Source of the DNA: an uncultured Lachnospiraceae bacterium
GTDB taxonomy: Bacteria; Bacillota; Clostridia; Lachnospirales; Lachnospiraceae
Assembly (NCBI GenBank): GCA_947574135.1
Contig: CANPIM010000001.1
Span: 57,447 to 121,446 of the forward strand
DNA: 64,000 nt
Direction of reading: 5' to 3'
Every line of letters begins with the position of its first letter. The first letter of the stretch is position 1. Shown here in pieces: positions 19,742 to 29,172 of the stretch. The translations under genes and the position numbers were made by a program. The notes beneath the pieces are model-generated. The model was not told the origin of the DNA. It searched no databases and worked only from the letters and a program-made list of their open reading frames with translations.

Positions 19742-19841
19742 CTTTTCTCTTGACCTTTCCCCGGGCTCTCTGCTACCATGGATCCAAAGAATCCACACAG
19801 CTCTCTCAAAAAAGAATTGGACAAGAAAGGAGCCTGCACCT

Positions 19842-22163
19842 ATGGCAACCTTAAAGGATGTGGCCAGAGACGCCGGCGTCTCCATGGCTACGGTTTCCTG
19901 CTGCCTTACGGGCAGCAAGCCTGTAAAGAAATCCACCCGCATGAAAATCCTGGACTCCGTGGAACGGCTAAAATACATTCCCAACGCCTCCGCCCGGAAC
20001 CTGAGATCCCCCCGCTCCCGGCTGATCGGGGTGGTCCTCACGGATATTGACAACCTGTACCACGCGGAAATTTTTAAGGGAATCTCCAGCACCCTCCAAA
20101 GCCAGGGCTATACGGTGAGCGTGGCCTTTTCCAACAACCAGCCGGATCAGGAATGTGAAATTATTAACGATTTTATCAGTCAAAATGTGGCAGGCCTTCT
20201 CCTTATTACCTGCCAGCCCCAAAATACGGATTTTTTTCAGAGCCGCATTCTGAATTTTCATATTCCCGCCGTTTTTTTGGAGCGGATCCCCCTGGATCTG
20301 GACGTATGTCTGGCAGGCTTTCAAAATGAAGAGACCACCTTTTTCCTCACAGACGCTCTTCTTAAAAAAGGCTACAGGCAAATCGGTCTGGTCCTGGGAC
20401 CTCCCTCCTTCTCCTCGGAGCGGGACTGTATCCTGGGCTATCAGCGGGCCTTTGTTAAAAATGGTCTCTCCCCGGACTCTTCTCTTATCTGCACCACCAA
20501 CCTGACCAAGGAAGATGCCTTTAAAACCGTGCTCACCACCTTAAGCAAGCGTCCCCTGGAGGCGGTGATCTCCTCCTCGGAAACCCTGCACTGGGGATCC
20601 CTGGAGGCCTTAAAAAACCGGGGCCTTTCCATCCCCGGACAGGTTCTTCTGCTCACCTTTGGGGAGGAGTCCTGGAGCCAGGCCCACCGGACCCCAGGGG
20701 TTATCTATACCTCCCGGACTGCCTTTCACCTGGGCTCCTGCGCCGCAAGCCTGCTATGGAAGCATATCCGTTACCCGGACTGTACGGAAAAAACCCGGAT
20801 TCTGTCGGATTCCATTCTCAGGGAGGTCCTGGATATTCCGCCGGTTGGCCAGAAATGCTCTCCCAAGGCCAATCCCCTTGAACAGGGGGCCCCGGAGAAG
20901 GTGTGTCCGTCCAGCACGGACATGCAGCTTCGCGTCCTTCTGGCGGATCTGTCCACGGCCCACAATGTGGAGCTCCTAAGCGATTCCTTTACCCGTGGCA
21001 CCGGTATCCGCCTCTCCTTTCAATATCTTCCCCAGAAGGAGCTGCTGCCCTATATCAGCCATCACTCGGAGGAGACCCAGGCCTTTGACATTTGCATGTA
21101 TGATATTCCCTGGCTGGATTATCTGGTGCAGAATTCCCTGCTTATGGATCTCACGGATTTTATCACTGGGGGAGATTTTCACCCGGAATATATTTTCCCG
21201 GAAAACATGGAAAACTGCCGCTGTCAGGACGGCTACTACGGGATTCCCCTTATTGGCGGCTCTCAAATCCTCTTTTATCGAAGGGATCTCTTTGAGGACA
21301 GCCAATGCCAGAAGCTCTATTACAAGCTTCATGGCATTCCCCTAAAGCCGCCCCGGACCTGGACGGAATTTAACCGGATCGCCGCCTTTTTCACCCAGGG
21401 GGAGAATCCCCAATCCCCCACCCTGTTTGGCACCTCCCTGGCTGGCATCACCGATGAGGAGCTGGCCCCGGAGCTTTTGATTCGCCTCTGGGCCATGAAC
21501 GGCCGCCTGTGGGACGCCTACAACCGCCCCTGCCTGAACTGTCCGGAAAATCAGGCGGCCCTTATGAGCGTCCTGGAGACTCTGCGCTACACAGGCTCCC
21601 ATCCCTTTGCCACCTCCATCCCTCAGACCGTGGAGGATTTCTCCCAGGGCAGGACAGCCATGCTCATCACCTACACGGAATACGCCACCCAAATCAGCCG
21701 AAGCCTCCACGAAAATATTATCGGTCAGGTGGGCTATAAGATTTTGCCCGGAAGGCGCCCTGCCAGCATTGGCTGGAATCTGGGGGTAAACCCCTATTCT
21801 CAAAGGCTCTCTCTGGCCTGCCGGTTTTTTGGATGGCTCTGCCAGAAGGACACCAGCTTTTATATGACCATCCTGGACGGACAATCCCCGGTTATGGCTC
21901 CCTACCACAGCCTGGAGCTTTTAAAGCTCTACCCCTGGATGTCCATTACAGAGGAAAGCTTCTCCTACACCCAAAAAAGAAAAGGACCCTATAAGCATAA
22001 GGCCCTTGTGGTTCCCCAAAATAAGATAGAAGCCATTCTCTGTCAAACCCTTCGGCAAATTCTCCTGGAGGGCTCCTCCGTCTCCCAGGCTCTTTCCGAC
22101 AATCAGGAGCGGCTTAAAAGCCTTCTTTTGTCCTACGGCTATCCCCGGCCCTTTACCAGATAG
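19842..22163 (+). CDS. Second LacI/solute-binding fusion regulator (paralogue of 15351..17603)
   Basis: MATLKDVARDAGVSMATVS HTH. The C-terminal part has YYGIPLIGG..LFYRRD and PPRTWTEF. Confidence 0.9.
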   Translation: MATLKDVARDAGVSMATVSCCLTGSKPVKKSTRMKILDSVERLKYIPNASARNLRSPRSRLIGVVLTDIDNLYHAEIFKGISSTLQSQGYTVSVAFSNNQPDQECEIINDFISQNVAGLLLITCQPQNTDFFQSRILNFHIPAVFLERIPLDLDVCLAGFQNEETTFFLTDALLKKGYRQIGLVLGPPSFSSERDCILGYQRAFVKNGLSPDSSLICTTNLTKEDAFKTVLTTLSKRPLEAVISSSETLHWGSLEALKNRGLSIPGQVLLLTFGEESWSQAHRTPGVIYTSRTAFHLGSCAASLLWKHIRYPDCTEKTRILSDSILREVLDIPPVGQKCSPKANPLEQGAPEKVCPSSTDMQLRVLLADLSTAHNVELLSDSFTRGTGIRLSFQYLPQKELLPYISHHSEETQAFDICMYDIPWLDYLVQNSLLMDLTDFITGGDFHPEYIFPENMENCRCQDGYYGIPLIGGSQILFYRRDLFEDSQCQKLYYKLHGIPLKPPRTWTEFNRIAAFFTQGENPQSPTLFGTSLAGITDEELAPELLIRLWAMNGRLWDAYNRPCLNCPENQAALMSVLETLRYTGSHPFATSIPQTVEDFSQGRTAMLITYTEYATQISRSLHENIIGQVGYKILPGRRPASIGWNLGVNPYSQRLSLACRFFGWLCQKDTSFYMTILDGQSPVMAPYHSLELLKLYPWMSITEESFSYTQKRKGPYKHKALVVPQNKIEAILCQTLRQILLEGSSVSQALSDNQERLKSLLLSYGYPRPFTR

Positions 22164-22167
22164 AGGG

Positions 22168-23646
22168 CTAGAACTGCACCGGGGTCACATCCTCCGTGAG
22201 AGGAGCCATGCGGTACTCCGGAAACTGGTCCAAAAGCTGATCCAGGCACTCTGCCGTCTCCTCAATGACGTCATGGCCCAGCATGACCACGTTTTTTCGC
22301 CCCAGGGTGCTGGAAACCGCGCTCTCTATAATGTCCGCCTCCCTGGGCTCCCTTACCGCATCCTCGAAGCTGGCATTCCAGTCATAGTACACATAGCCCT
22401 GACTTTCCAGCTCTGCCGCAATTTTCTGGCGGACCGCCTTGTTGTACTGGTTAACGCTGCCCCCGGGAAACCGAAACAGCCTGGCATCCACCCCGGTGAC
22501 CTCCTCAATGATGGCATGAGCACTGGAAAAATCTTCCAGATACGCATCCACACTGGCATAAACCTCCTTGTAGTCGTGGTGATTGCAGTGGATACCAATG
22601 GTATGTCCCTCCGCCGCAATGCGCCGGGCCACCTCCGGATATTTCTCCACATTCTCCCCTATGAGGAAAAAGGTGGCCTGCATATTGTGAGCCTTCAGGG
22701 TATCCAGCACCTTCTCCGTATTCTCCTTGGAGGGGCCGTCGTCAAAGGTCAGGTACATGGTCTTGGGATGAAAATACAGATCGATCCCAGCAGCCATGCC
22801 GGCGGCGATCTGCTGCTGATAGCCTGCATCCGTAAGCTGCTGCCGCTCGGCCCGGTTGGAGAGAAAGCCCGTCTCCACCAGGCAGGAGGCCATACCGCAC
22901 TCCCGGATCACATAGAGCGTCTCCTCCTCCCGAATCTCCCGTCCGTCTGCGCCGGTATTTTCCAGAATCCCTGTCTGGATAAGCCGGGATAACCGTCTGC
23001 TCTGATCTCCCGCGTTCTGCGCGCTGTACCACACCTCCATTCCCGTTACCTTTGCCACCTCGCTGGCATTCTGATGAATGCTCACAAAAAGGTCCGCCTG
23101 GGCCGTCTCGGCCAGCTTTACCCGCTCCTCCAGGCTGAGCGCCTGATCCGTATCCCGGGTCATCTGCACCTGATAGCCCATGCTTTGAAGCTCCCTTCCC
23201 ACCGCCTGGGCAATCTGCAGATTGATCTCCTTTTCCTGCACCCCGTCCCGCACACAGCCGTCATCCGCTCCCCCGTGTCCCGGATCCAGAACCACCAGAA
23301 GCTCCCCGGCCTCCTTTAAGGTCGCCCCCGGGGGAAAGCCGGGAAGGGTCTCCTCTATCCTTGCGGCTTCCTCCGCCTGGGCCGCCATTTCCGTGGCCGG
23401 CAAAAGCACCGGCTGCACTCCGGTGGCTACAAGAAAGTCCTGCTCGGCGGACTCTGCCGTCCGCATACGCCCTGCCAGGCTTCCCGCCCCATAGTTGAGG
23501 GCCGCCGCTCCCAGAACTGCCGCCAGAAGCAGAGCCCCACTTCTTAAGACCCGACGCCTCCACCTTCTCTTCCAGTTCCTCCTCTCACGGTATACTCCAA
23601 TATATCCTGCACAGACTTCCCCTGCATAAATTTCCGTTCTCCGCAT
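22168..23646 (-). CDS. N-acetylmuramoyl-L-alanine amidase (Amidase_3) fused to a NodB polysaccharide deacetylase
   Basis: N-terminal TM segment; amidase motifs LDPGHGG, EKEINL, SIHQN, LVETGFLSN; NodB motifs LTFDDGPS, HCNHH, FRFPGG, DWN, LGHD. Confidence 0.92.
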   Translation of the reverse strand: MRRTEIYAGEVCAGYIGVYRERRNWKRRWRRRVLRSGALLLAAVLGAAALNYGAGSLAGRMRTAESAEQDFLVATGVQPVLLPATEMAAQAEEAARIEETLPGFPPGATLKEAGELLVVLDPGHGGADDGCVRDGVQEKEINLQIAQAVGRELQSMGYQVQMTRDTDQALSLEERVKLAETAQADLFVSIHQNASEVAKVTGMEVWYSAQNAGDQSRRLSRLIQTGILENTGADGREIREEETLYVIRECGMASCLVETGFLSNRAERQQLTDAGYQQQIAAGMAAGIDLYFHPKTMYLTFDDGPSKENTEKVLDTLKAHNMQATFFLIGENVEKYPEVARRIAAEGHTIGIHCNHHDYKEVYASVDAYLEDFSSAHAIIEEVTGVDARLFRFPGGSVNQYNKAVRQKIAAELESQGYVYYDWNASFEDAVREPREADIIESAVSSTLGRKNVVMLGHDVIEETAECLDQLLDQFPEYRMAPLTEDVTPVQF

Positions 23647-23801
23647 ATGTATTCGCTCCTCTTCTACGAAGGAAAGCAGCTCCGCCTCCCATCCAAAAAA
23701 GGAGGGGCCCCTGGATTTGCCTCGACTTTCGTTCTCTTCTATCTAAGCATATCCTTTGGCCCCGTCAAACTTTCATAATTCCCGCATCATTTTTGCATCT
23801 T

Positions 23802-24644
23802 TTAGATATTTTTCAGAAAAAGCTCATGGATTCCCTCATAGAATCCAATGGTGACAATGGTGCTGCCCTCCTCCATGCCGGGAAAGCGATATTTGACATA
23901 CTTAGAGGTCGTCTCCAAAAGAGGATTCTCCGACTCATAAGCCTCCTTTCCCGTAAGCCCAAGATAATCGCTCCAGTCCTCCAGGATCTCCTCCGGCAAA
24001 AGCTCCTCCCAGCTCTTCTCGGTCCGGACATAGAAGCCGTAAAGCTTTCCGGAGTCCGCATCAATATAGGCCTCAATCAGTCGGTGGGCCTTATCCGCAT
24101 TCTGATGGCTGGTGGAAAGGCTGACCCGCCACACGGACATATTGTTCTGCGGCTCCAGAACGTCAATGGCAGAATAGAGTACCGCCGTGTAGGAGGCCGG
24201 CTCTACCTCCCGCACATCCTCCGGCATAACGCCCAGCTCCTTTAAGCTTAAAAGCTCCTCATTGCAGATCTTGAAAATTTCTTCCTCGGAGATCTCCCGC
24301 TCCGAGGGTCCCTGACGATTTACCACAAAGGCATAGGTGCCCAAAAGCTCCTCGTAATCCATGTTCCCGGCCCCGGATCGGGTCATGGCGCTTAGCTCGC
24401 TCTCAGGAAGGACCTCATGGTTCAGACATTCTGCCAGCAGGTAAAGCTTCTCATTGCTGTTCAGGGTGTAACGATAGCCCTCACTGTCTCCGGTGGTCTC
24501 CTCCACGGTTATCCGGTTAAGTCTCCCCCGATCCTGATAACGGGCCAGTTGCTCCGGCCCCAGCACGGAGAGGAGCAAAACGGCGCCAGCCAGGGCCGGC
24601 ACGGCTATCTGTTTCCACCTTTCCCCTTTTTCCCTTGTCTCCAT
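23802..24644 (-). CDS. Hypothetical membrane-anchored protein
   Basis: 280-aa ORF with an N-terminal hydrophobic segment, 3 bp downstream of the kinase gene. Confidence 0.75.
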   Translation of the reverse strand: METREKGERWKQIAVPALAGAVLLLSVLGPEQLARYQDRGRLNRITVEETTGDSEGYRYTLNSNEKLYLLAECLNHEVLPESELSAMTRSGAGNMDYEELLGTYAFVVNRQGPSEREISEEEIFKICNEELLSLKELGVMPEDVREVEPASYTAVLYSAIDVLEPQNNMSVWRVSLSTSHQNADKAHRLIEAYIDADSGKLYGFYVRTEKSWEELLPEEILEDWSDYLGLTGKEAYESENPLLETTSKYVKYRFPGMEEGSTIVTIGFYEGIHELFLKNI

Positions 24645-24647
24645 GGC

Positions 24648-26060
24648 CTACTCCTTTACCTCCCCGTAGGGAATCAAAAATCCAAAGCAGCTCCCCTCTC
24701 CCAGGACGCTGGTAATCACAAGCTCACTTTCATGTAGCTTTAAAATCTCCGCACACAGAGCCAACCCAAGCCCCGCTCCGTTATGGCTTCGGGATCGGGA
24801 TTTATCCACCATATAAAAGGCCTCGGTGATTTTTCTTACCTCCTCCGGAGGAATCCCCACTCCGTAATCCTTCACGGCAAACCAGTATCCCTCCTCTCTT
24901 TTCTCCCCCAGGATCTCCACCCGGCTCCCCTCCTCCGAGGCCTTGCAGGCATTGTCCACCAGGTTTAAAAGCACGGTTTTCAAAAGGTTTACCTCCGCCC
25001 GGATCACCCCCGGATCATACTGAAATACCAGGGGATGCTCCTCGTGTCCCCCATACATGTCCCGAAGATATTCGAACATAAGTTCTGCTTTTGTCTCCTG
25101 GGCGTCCAGGGAATATCGCTTGGTGACAATAATATCCAGGAGCCGCAGAGACATGGCCTCCAGCCGCTTTCCCTCTGTATAAATATAATTGGCGGACAGA
25201 AAATGCTTTTCCTCGTCAAGCTTCCGGGTTCGCAGAAGATCCGCGTAGCCAATGACCGCCGTTAGAGGGGTTTTCAGCTCGTGGGAAAAGGCGGCGATAA
25301 AGTCCTCCCGGGCCCGTACCTCCTCCTGAAGCTTGCAGATATTTTCCTCCAGCGCATTGGCCATATGATTAAAATCACAGGTGAGCTGGCCCATCTCGTC
25401 CCCGCTTATCTGCTCTGCCCGATAGCTGTAGTCCCCCGCCGTCATCTTTCGGGCCGCCTGGGTCAAAAGGCGAATGGGACGGGTCAGCCAGGAGGCAATA
25501 AAAAACAGAAACACAGAGCTTAAGACCAGAATCAGAAGGGTCAGGTTTCGGTAAACCGCAAAGCCTCTGGTCCGCTCTCCGTATACCGGGGTCACATCCC
25601 GCAGGGTTTCCAGATACAGGACCCGATCCAGGGTGGTAATGCGCATCCCCGTCTGGATGTAGTAATGCTCCTCATCCGGGTGAAGGATCTGATAGACTCT
25701 GGTTTTCTCCTGAATATGATTTAAAAGCTCCGTGTCCTCCACAAATCCTTCGCTGGCATAGAGCACCTGCCGCTCTTCATCGGAGATCCTTAAAAGCCGT
25801 CCGGTGACCTGGCCGCTCTTTTCCAGATTGGCCCCGATCTCCTCGATAACGGAATTTTGCAGCATATGATATTTGGAGGGAATATTTAAGGCCGCCGTCT
25901 CAAAGGCAAACCGCAAAATGCTGCTCTCATCCATGGCCTGTCCCGTCTCCCGATCCAGGGATGCCTTGAACACGTCGTTGACAAACACATAGCCGCCGAT
26001 TCCAAAGGCCACAGCAAGTGTAATCATGGTGCACAACAAAATTTTATAGGAAAATTTCAT
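24648..26060 (-). CDS. HAMP-domain sensor histidine kinase
   Basis: Two TM segments, H-box FSHELKTPL, N-box NLVDNA, DYGVGI and G.GLGL. ATG at 26060. Confidence 0.95.
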   Translation of the reverse strand: MKFSYKILLCTMITLAVAFGIGGYVFVNDVFKASLDRETGQAMDESSILRFAFETAALNIPSKYHMLQNSVIEEIGANLEKSGQVTGRLLRISDEERQVLYASEGFVEDTELLNHIQEKTRVYQILHPDEEHYYIQTGMRITTLDRVLYLETLRDVTPVYGERTRGFAVYRNLTLLILVLSSVFLFFIASWLTRPIRLLTQAARKMTAGDYSYRAEQISGDEMGQLTCDFNHMANALEENICKLQEEVRAREDFIAAFSHELKTPLTAVIGYADLLRTRKLDEEKHFLSANYIYTEGKRLEAMSLRLLDIIVTKRYSLDAQETKAELMFEYLRDMYGGHEEHPLVFQYDPGVIRAEVNLLKTVLLNLVDNACKASEEGSRVEILGEKREEGYWFAVKDYGVGIPPEEVRKITEAFYMVDKSRSRSHNGAGLGLALCAEILKLHESELVITSVLGEGSCFGFLIPYGEVKE

Positions 26061-26105
26061 AGGGCCTCCTGTCCGATTGCTCCTTCTTCCCCGCAATCCC
26101 CCACC

Positions 26106-26759
26106 TTATATTTCCAGCCGGTACCCCACCTTGTATACGGCTACCAGATTCTTCTCCCAGCCCATCTTCCGCCGAAGCCTCTGTACATGAAGCTCCAGGG
26201 TCCGGCTGTCCGCCAGATAGGCATCCTCCCAAACCTTCTCATAGAGGGTTTCCTTGAATAAGGCCACATTTTTATTCCGGATAAAGAGCACCAAAAGCCC
26301 GTACTCCTTGTTGGTCAGCACTACCGGCCTGCCGTTTCGGGTTACCTTCCGGGCCTCCAGATCCACAGTCACATCCCCGGCCGTCAAAAACTGCTCCGTC
26401 TTGTGAAATCTGCGCAGCACCACCTCCACCCGGGCCAGCAGCTCCAGGACCTCAAAGGGCTTTACCAGATAGTCCTCTGCCCCAAGCTTTAGTCCCCGCA
26501 CCTTATCCCGCACATGGTCCTTGGCCGTTATAAAGATCACCGGCACCTTTAAAGGCCGGATGTATTCCATAATATCAAAGCCGTCGGCCCCTGGCAGCAT
26601 CACATCCAGAAGGACCAGATCAAAGCTCTCCTTCTCAATGCAGTCAATGGCCTCCAGGCCGTCCTGCACACTCTTGCACTGATAGCCTGCGGCCGTCAGG
26701 TTCAGATCGATGAGGTCACAAATGGGTTTTTCGTCGTCCACAATTAAAATCCGTATCAT
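26106..26759 (-). CDS. OmpR-family response regulator
   Basis: ILIVDDE, LLDVMLPG, FITAK, KPF and a winged helix. ATGA overlap with the upstream gene. Confidence 0.95.
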   Translation of the reverse strand: MIRILIVDDEKPICDLIDLNLTAAGYQCKSVQDGLEAIDCIEKESFDLVLLDVMLPGADGFDIMEYIRPLKVPVIFITAKDHVRDKVRGLKLGAEDYLVKPFEVLELLARVEVVLRRFHKTEQFLTAGDVTVDLEARKVTRNGRPVVLTNKEYGLLVLFIRNKNVALFKETLYEKVWEDAYLADSRTLELHVQRLRRKMGWEKNLVAVYKVGYRLEI

Positions 26760-27880
26760 TGTTCTATCTGCCATCCCCAATATTCCCGTATTTTTCGGAT
26801 AAGCTCCTCCATGGTGTCCTCCTCCGTACAGCGGTAGGTCTTTTCAAACTCCGTATCCACCTCAAACCCATTGGTCCGCTGATAATAGATGGAGCAGCGG
26901 GTCTCCACCTGAAGCCCCCCGGTGGCGCCTTCCGTGCTGTACCGGGCCAGCACCACCAGATCCTTTAGCCCGTCTCCGTCCACATCCCGCCCGTTAATGC
27001 CCCGAAGGGAATACAGGCTGTCATAGTCTCCCATGGGCTGCAGGCTCCACACAATCTCCCCCTGCTCATTGATAAGATAGATAAGAAAGATATTATATTC
27101 GGAAATACGCATAGTCCCCGGCACCACCTGCAGCCGCCCCAGCTTTTCAAATTCCCGGGTATAGCACTGTCCCGGCTCCATGACAAAGCCGTTTTTCAAC
27201 AGCTCCTCCAGGGTGGAGGCCGTGTACAGATATTCCGCCGATTCCCCGTCCCGCACAAAGGAGATAATGCAGTTGGCGCTTTTATTCATACTGAACCGGT
27301 TGATCTTGTCGGAGATCCGCCAGTCCCGGTAAAAGGTTCCCTCCCCCTGAAACAATACGTCCCCCACCTTATAGGGAATCCCTGCATAGTCTCCCGTGTC
27401 ATTGACGCATTTGGTAATGAGAATAATATCCGTAAGCCCGTCCCGGTTTACATCCGCAAAGGACACGGCGGCAATCTCCCGGGTACACTGGAGAAGCTCT
27501 CCCGGTCGGCTGTTGTTGGTCTCCAGCTCCTTGCATTTATAAAGAATCTGCCCGGAAGCATTTGCCACAAAGAGCCCAAGCCTGCGCCAGGTTTTCTCCA
27601 TAGCCGGCACCAAGGTCAGCTCCTCCTCCCCGAAGGATTCCAGCACAATGGGAAAGACCTGCTCCTCCAGAATCTTGTAGCCCTTTTCCTCCAAATCCTC
27701 CAGCTTCTCAATGGCCTGGAAGCTTGCCTCATATTTTTGATAATCCCGCAAAAGCTGTCCATCCTCCCCCTTGTCCCCACCAGCCTGGACCCCCAGAGGC
27801 ATGGCAAGAGTCAGAAGCCCCGGCAAAACCAGAGACAAAAGCATTTTCTGAAATCTTTTGTTTTCCTTCTGTGTATTCAT
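26756..27880 (-). CDS. Secreted protein with FG-GAP/VCBS-like Dx[DN]xDG motifs
   Basis: Signal-like N-terminus; motifs DVNRDGLTD and DVDGDGLKD in two similar halves. Start set at ATG 27880. Confidence 0.7.
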   Translation of the reverse strand: MNTQKENKRFQKMLLSLVLPGLLTLAMPLGVQAGGDKGEDGQLLRDYQKYEASFQAIEKLEDLEEKGYKILEEQVFPIVLESFGEEELTLVPAMEKTWRRLGLFVANASGQILYKCKELETNNSRPGELLQCTREIAAVSFADVNRDGLTDIILITKCVNDTGDYAGIPYKVGDVLFQGEGTFYRDWRISDKINRFSMNKSANCIISFVRDGESAEYLYTASTLEELLKNGFVMEPGQCYTREFEKLGRLQVVPGTMRISEYNIFLIYLINEQGEIVWSLQPMGDYDSLYSLRGINGRDVDGDGLKDLVVLARYSTEGATGGLQVETRCSIYYQRTNGFEVDTEFEKTYRCTEEDTMEELIRKIREYWGWQIEQ

Positions 27881-28161
27881 ATGCGTATCCCAACCCAGCG
27901 TTTCGCTGCCGCTCTGCCATTTTTCAGGCAACTGCGGTTTCCTGTGCTCTCTTTCTCTGCTTTCTATTATAGCCAAGACCTGGCGGCAAGTCAACGAAGA
28001 GGCCGGTTGGTTGTGGCATCATTTTTGCATCTTTTCCGTATTTTCTGCAAATAAAAACCGCTAATTTTCCTGTTGTATTGAAAATCAGCGGTTTCCCATT
28101 TTTCAATTTTTTACAATTTATCAGGACTCAAAAGCTTAAATCCAGACTCCCTGTTTTATTG

Positions 28162-28971
28162 TCAGGCCTTCTTGGGCTTGGAAATCAGGCCCTCTCTGTA
28201 GGCGCCGATATACTCCAGGCAGAACTCGTCATTCTCCAGAAGAGCGTCTGTGGCGTAGATCATGCCCAGCATATCTGTGTTGGTGGGGTCTACAATGGCG
28301 CTGTCCATACCGGCGTTCATGGCCAGTACCATAAAGGCCTGGTTTACATTCTTTCTGGCGGGGAGGCCAAAGGAGATGTTGGAGAGGCCGCTGGTAATGT
28401 GGATATCCGGATACTCTGCCTTAATCTGGCGGCAGCACTGGGCAAACATGGTCAGGGCTGTCTCATCCGTGGACAGGGTCACAACCAGGGGATCGATATG
28501 AATCCGGGAGGGAGCGATGTTGTATTCCTTGGCCTTCTCCATAATCTGATGGAATACCTCCATTCTGCGCTCCACAGAGGTGGGAATGCCCTTGTCGTCG
28601 CACAGAAGGGCCACTACCTGCCACTTGGTGTCCGCGATCACCGGGAAAATGGTGTCAATCTTACCGCTCTCCATGGAAACGGAGTTGATAAGACCCGGCT
28701 TTTTACAGAAGGGGATGGCAGCCACACAGGATCTGGGACTGGGGCTGTCAATGCAGATGGGCGTATCGGTCACTTCCTGAATCAGGTCGATCATCCAGTG
28801 CAGGGTCTCTGTCTCCACATCCTCCGGCACGGACGCGCAGCAGTCAATAAAGGTGGCATTGGCGTTGGCCTGAATCTCTGCTCTGTGCTTAATAAACTCC
28901 CCATCCCTCTTGGCAATGGCCTCGGCTACCACCGGAATGGAACCGTTAATCTTTTCCCCAATAATAATCAT
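28162..28971 (-). CDS. Methyltetrahydrofolate:corrinoid methyltransferase (pterin-binding, AcsE/MT2-like)
   Basis: IIGEKING, ICIDS, LINSVS, IHIDP and GLSNISFGLP. Confidence 0.93.
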   Translation of the reverse strand: MIIIGEKINGSIPVVAEAIAKRDGEFIKHRAEIQANANATFIDCCASVPEDVETETLHWMIDLIQEVTDTPICIDSPSPRSCVAAIPFCKKPGLINSVSMESGKIDTIFPVIADTKWQVVALLCDDKGIPTSVERRMEVFHQIMEKAKEYNIAPSRIHIDPLVVTLSTDETALTMFAQCCRQIKAEYPDIHITSGLSNISFGLPARKNVNQAFMVLAMNAGMDSAIVDPTNTDMLGMIYATDALLENDEFCLEYIGAYREGLISKPKKA

Positions 28972-29172
28972 TCTTTTGATACCTCCACTTTTTATTTGAC
29001 GTTTCCTAAAGCTGTCTTTATTTTAATACATCTTGTACGATACTTCAATCCCTTTTTTCCGAATTTTCCAGAGTTTTTTCCAGGGTTTTTTAAAAAACTC
29101 TTTTCAGATTCGACACTTTGTACAAACAATGAGCGAGGCTTCCTACAAACTGAAGGAGCCCCGCCCATTCTC

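Noticed and set aside
17623-19840. Cobalamin riboswitch upstream of the corrinoid or methyltransferase genes
   Set aside because: The intergenic regions are short and I could not find the B12-box or conserved core by eye. An Infernal search would be decisive.
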